This document shows positions 63,358-64,000 of a DNA stretch of 64,000 bases, in pieces. Source of the DNA: Rhizophagus irregularis (taxonomy: Eukaryota); NCBI RefSeq assembly GCF_026210795.1, contig NC_089429.1, positions 7,688,001 to 7,752,000 of the forward strand, written 5' to 3'. Numbering within the stretch: position 1 is the first letter of the stretch; every line of letters starts with the position of its first letter. Position numbers and translations under genes: made by a program. Under the pieces are notes generated by a model. The model was not told the origin of the DNA and ran no database searches. It was given only the letters and a program-made list of their open reading frames with translations.

Positions 63358-63770
63358 AACAATTCTCACTTAATACACAAAGGCGATTGTCTTATAACCA
63401 AAGTACCTAAATTAAGCTCTGAATTTATTAAATGAATAGATAAAAAATGAACGTTAATATTTCCATAAGTACTGATTAAAAACTTATAAAAATTGAAATA
63501 CATATGGAATCAACCTCAGTAAACAATTATCACTTAATACACGAAGGTGATTATCTTATGACCAAAGTTTCTAAATTACGTTCTGAAGTAACTGATAGTG
63601 TGCAAAAAATTGAAATTAATTGTGTTATGAATAACATCAGTAGCTTCATAAATATTGGCTAACTTTTCGTATAAATTGAAATTCAAATAGTTTTGACCTC
63701 GCCGAACAATTTTCAAAGGATTTTCTTGTGAACAAAGTACCTAAATACGCTCTGAAATTACTAAACGAAA
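63358..63770 (+). repeat. Three diverged ~165-185 bp-period repeats with protein-like content
   Basis: AACAATT..CACTTAATACAC.AAGG.GATT.TCTTAT.ACCAAAGT..CTAAATTA.G.TCTGAA at ~63358 and ~63522, with a deleted copy at ~63706. Confidence 0.75.
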
Positions 63771-64000
63771 AAAATAACAAATTTAAAGTTAGCATTGTTA
63801 TAAAAATACAAATAACTTAGCAAACTATTAAATGAAATTTAATGGAAATTGAGTTGCTTACCTTTAAAAGGATCTCAAAAAAAGTGATTTTTAAAATAAA
63901 CTTCATGGTTATGTAAAAAAAAAAATTATTAGTAAAACGAAAAACTAATTTAAGAAATTGATAGAATCTATTAAATTACTTTATTTAGTATGGTGTTGTA

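Overview
Very AT-rich eukaryotic DNA. Its gene families (intronless F-box/RNI-like LRR genes, BTB/POZ-SPRY genes, a MATA-type HMG box) and short GT-AG introns point to an arbuscular mycorrhizal fungus (Glomeromycotina, Rhizophagus-like); this assignment is an inference. Seven genes look intact: three F-box/LRR, two BTB-SPRY, one HMG-box protein with a YQLPLQED octapeptide array, and one two-exon orphan. The orphan's second exon is missed by the ORF track and ends in the peroxisomal signal -SRL. The rest is a graveyard of gene relics (F-box, HMG box, probable transposase), tandem duplications, minisatellites and many small non-autonomous DNA transposons (hAT-like, pogo/Tc2-like, 15-bp-repeat MULE-like). 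The most unusual structure is a 7-unit array of 13-bp perfect hairpins (54961-55343). It lies at one end of a candidate ~5.9 kb CAC...GTG element with a decayed, internally duplicated coding region. No rRNA, tRNA or CRISPR array was recognised. Repeat and relic coordinates were read by eye and may be off by a few bases.
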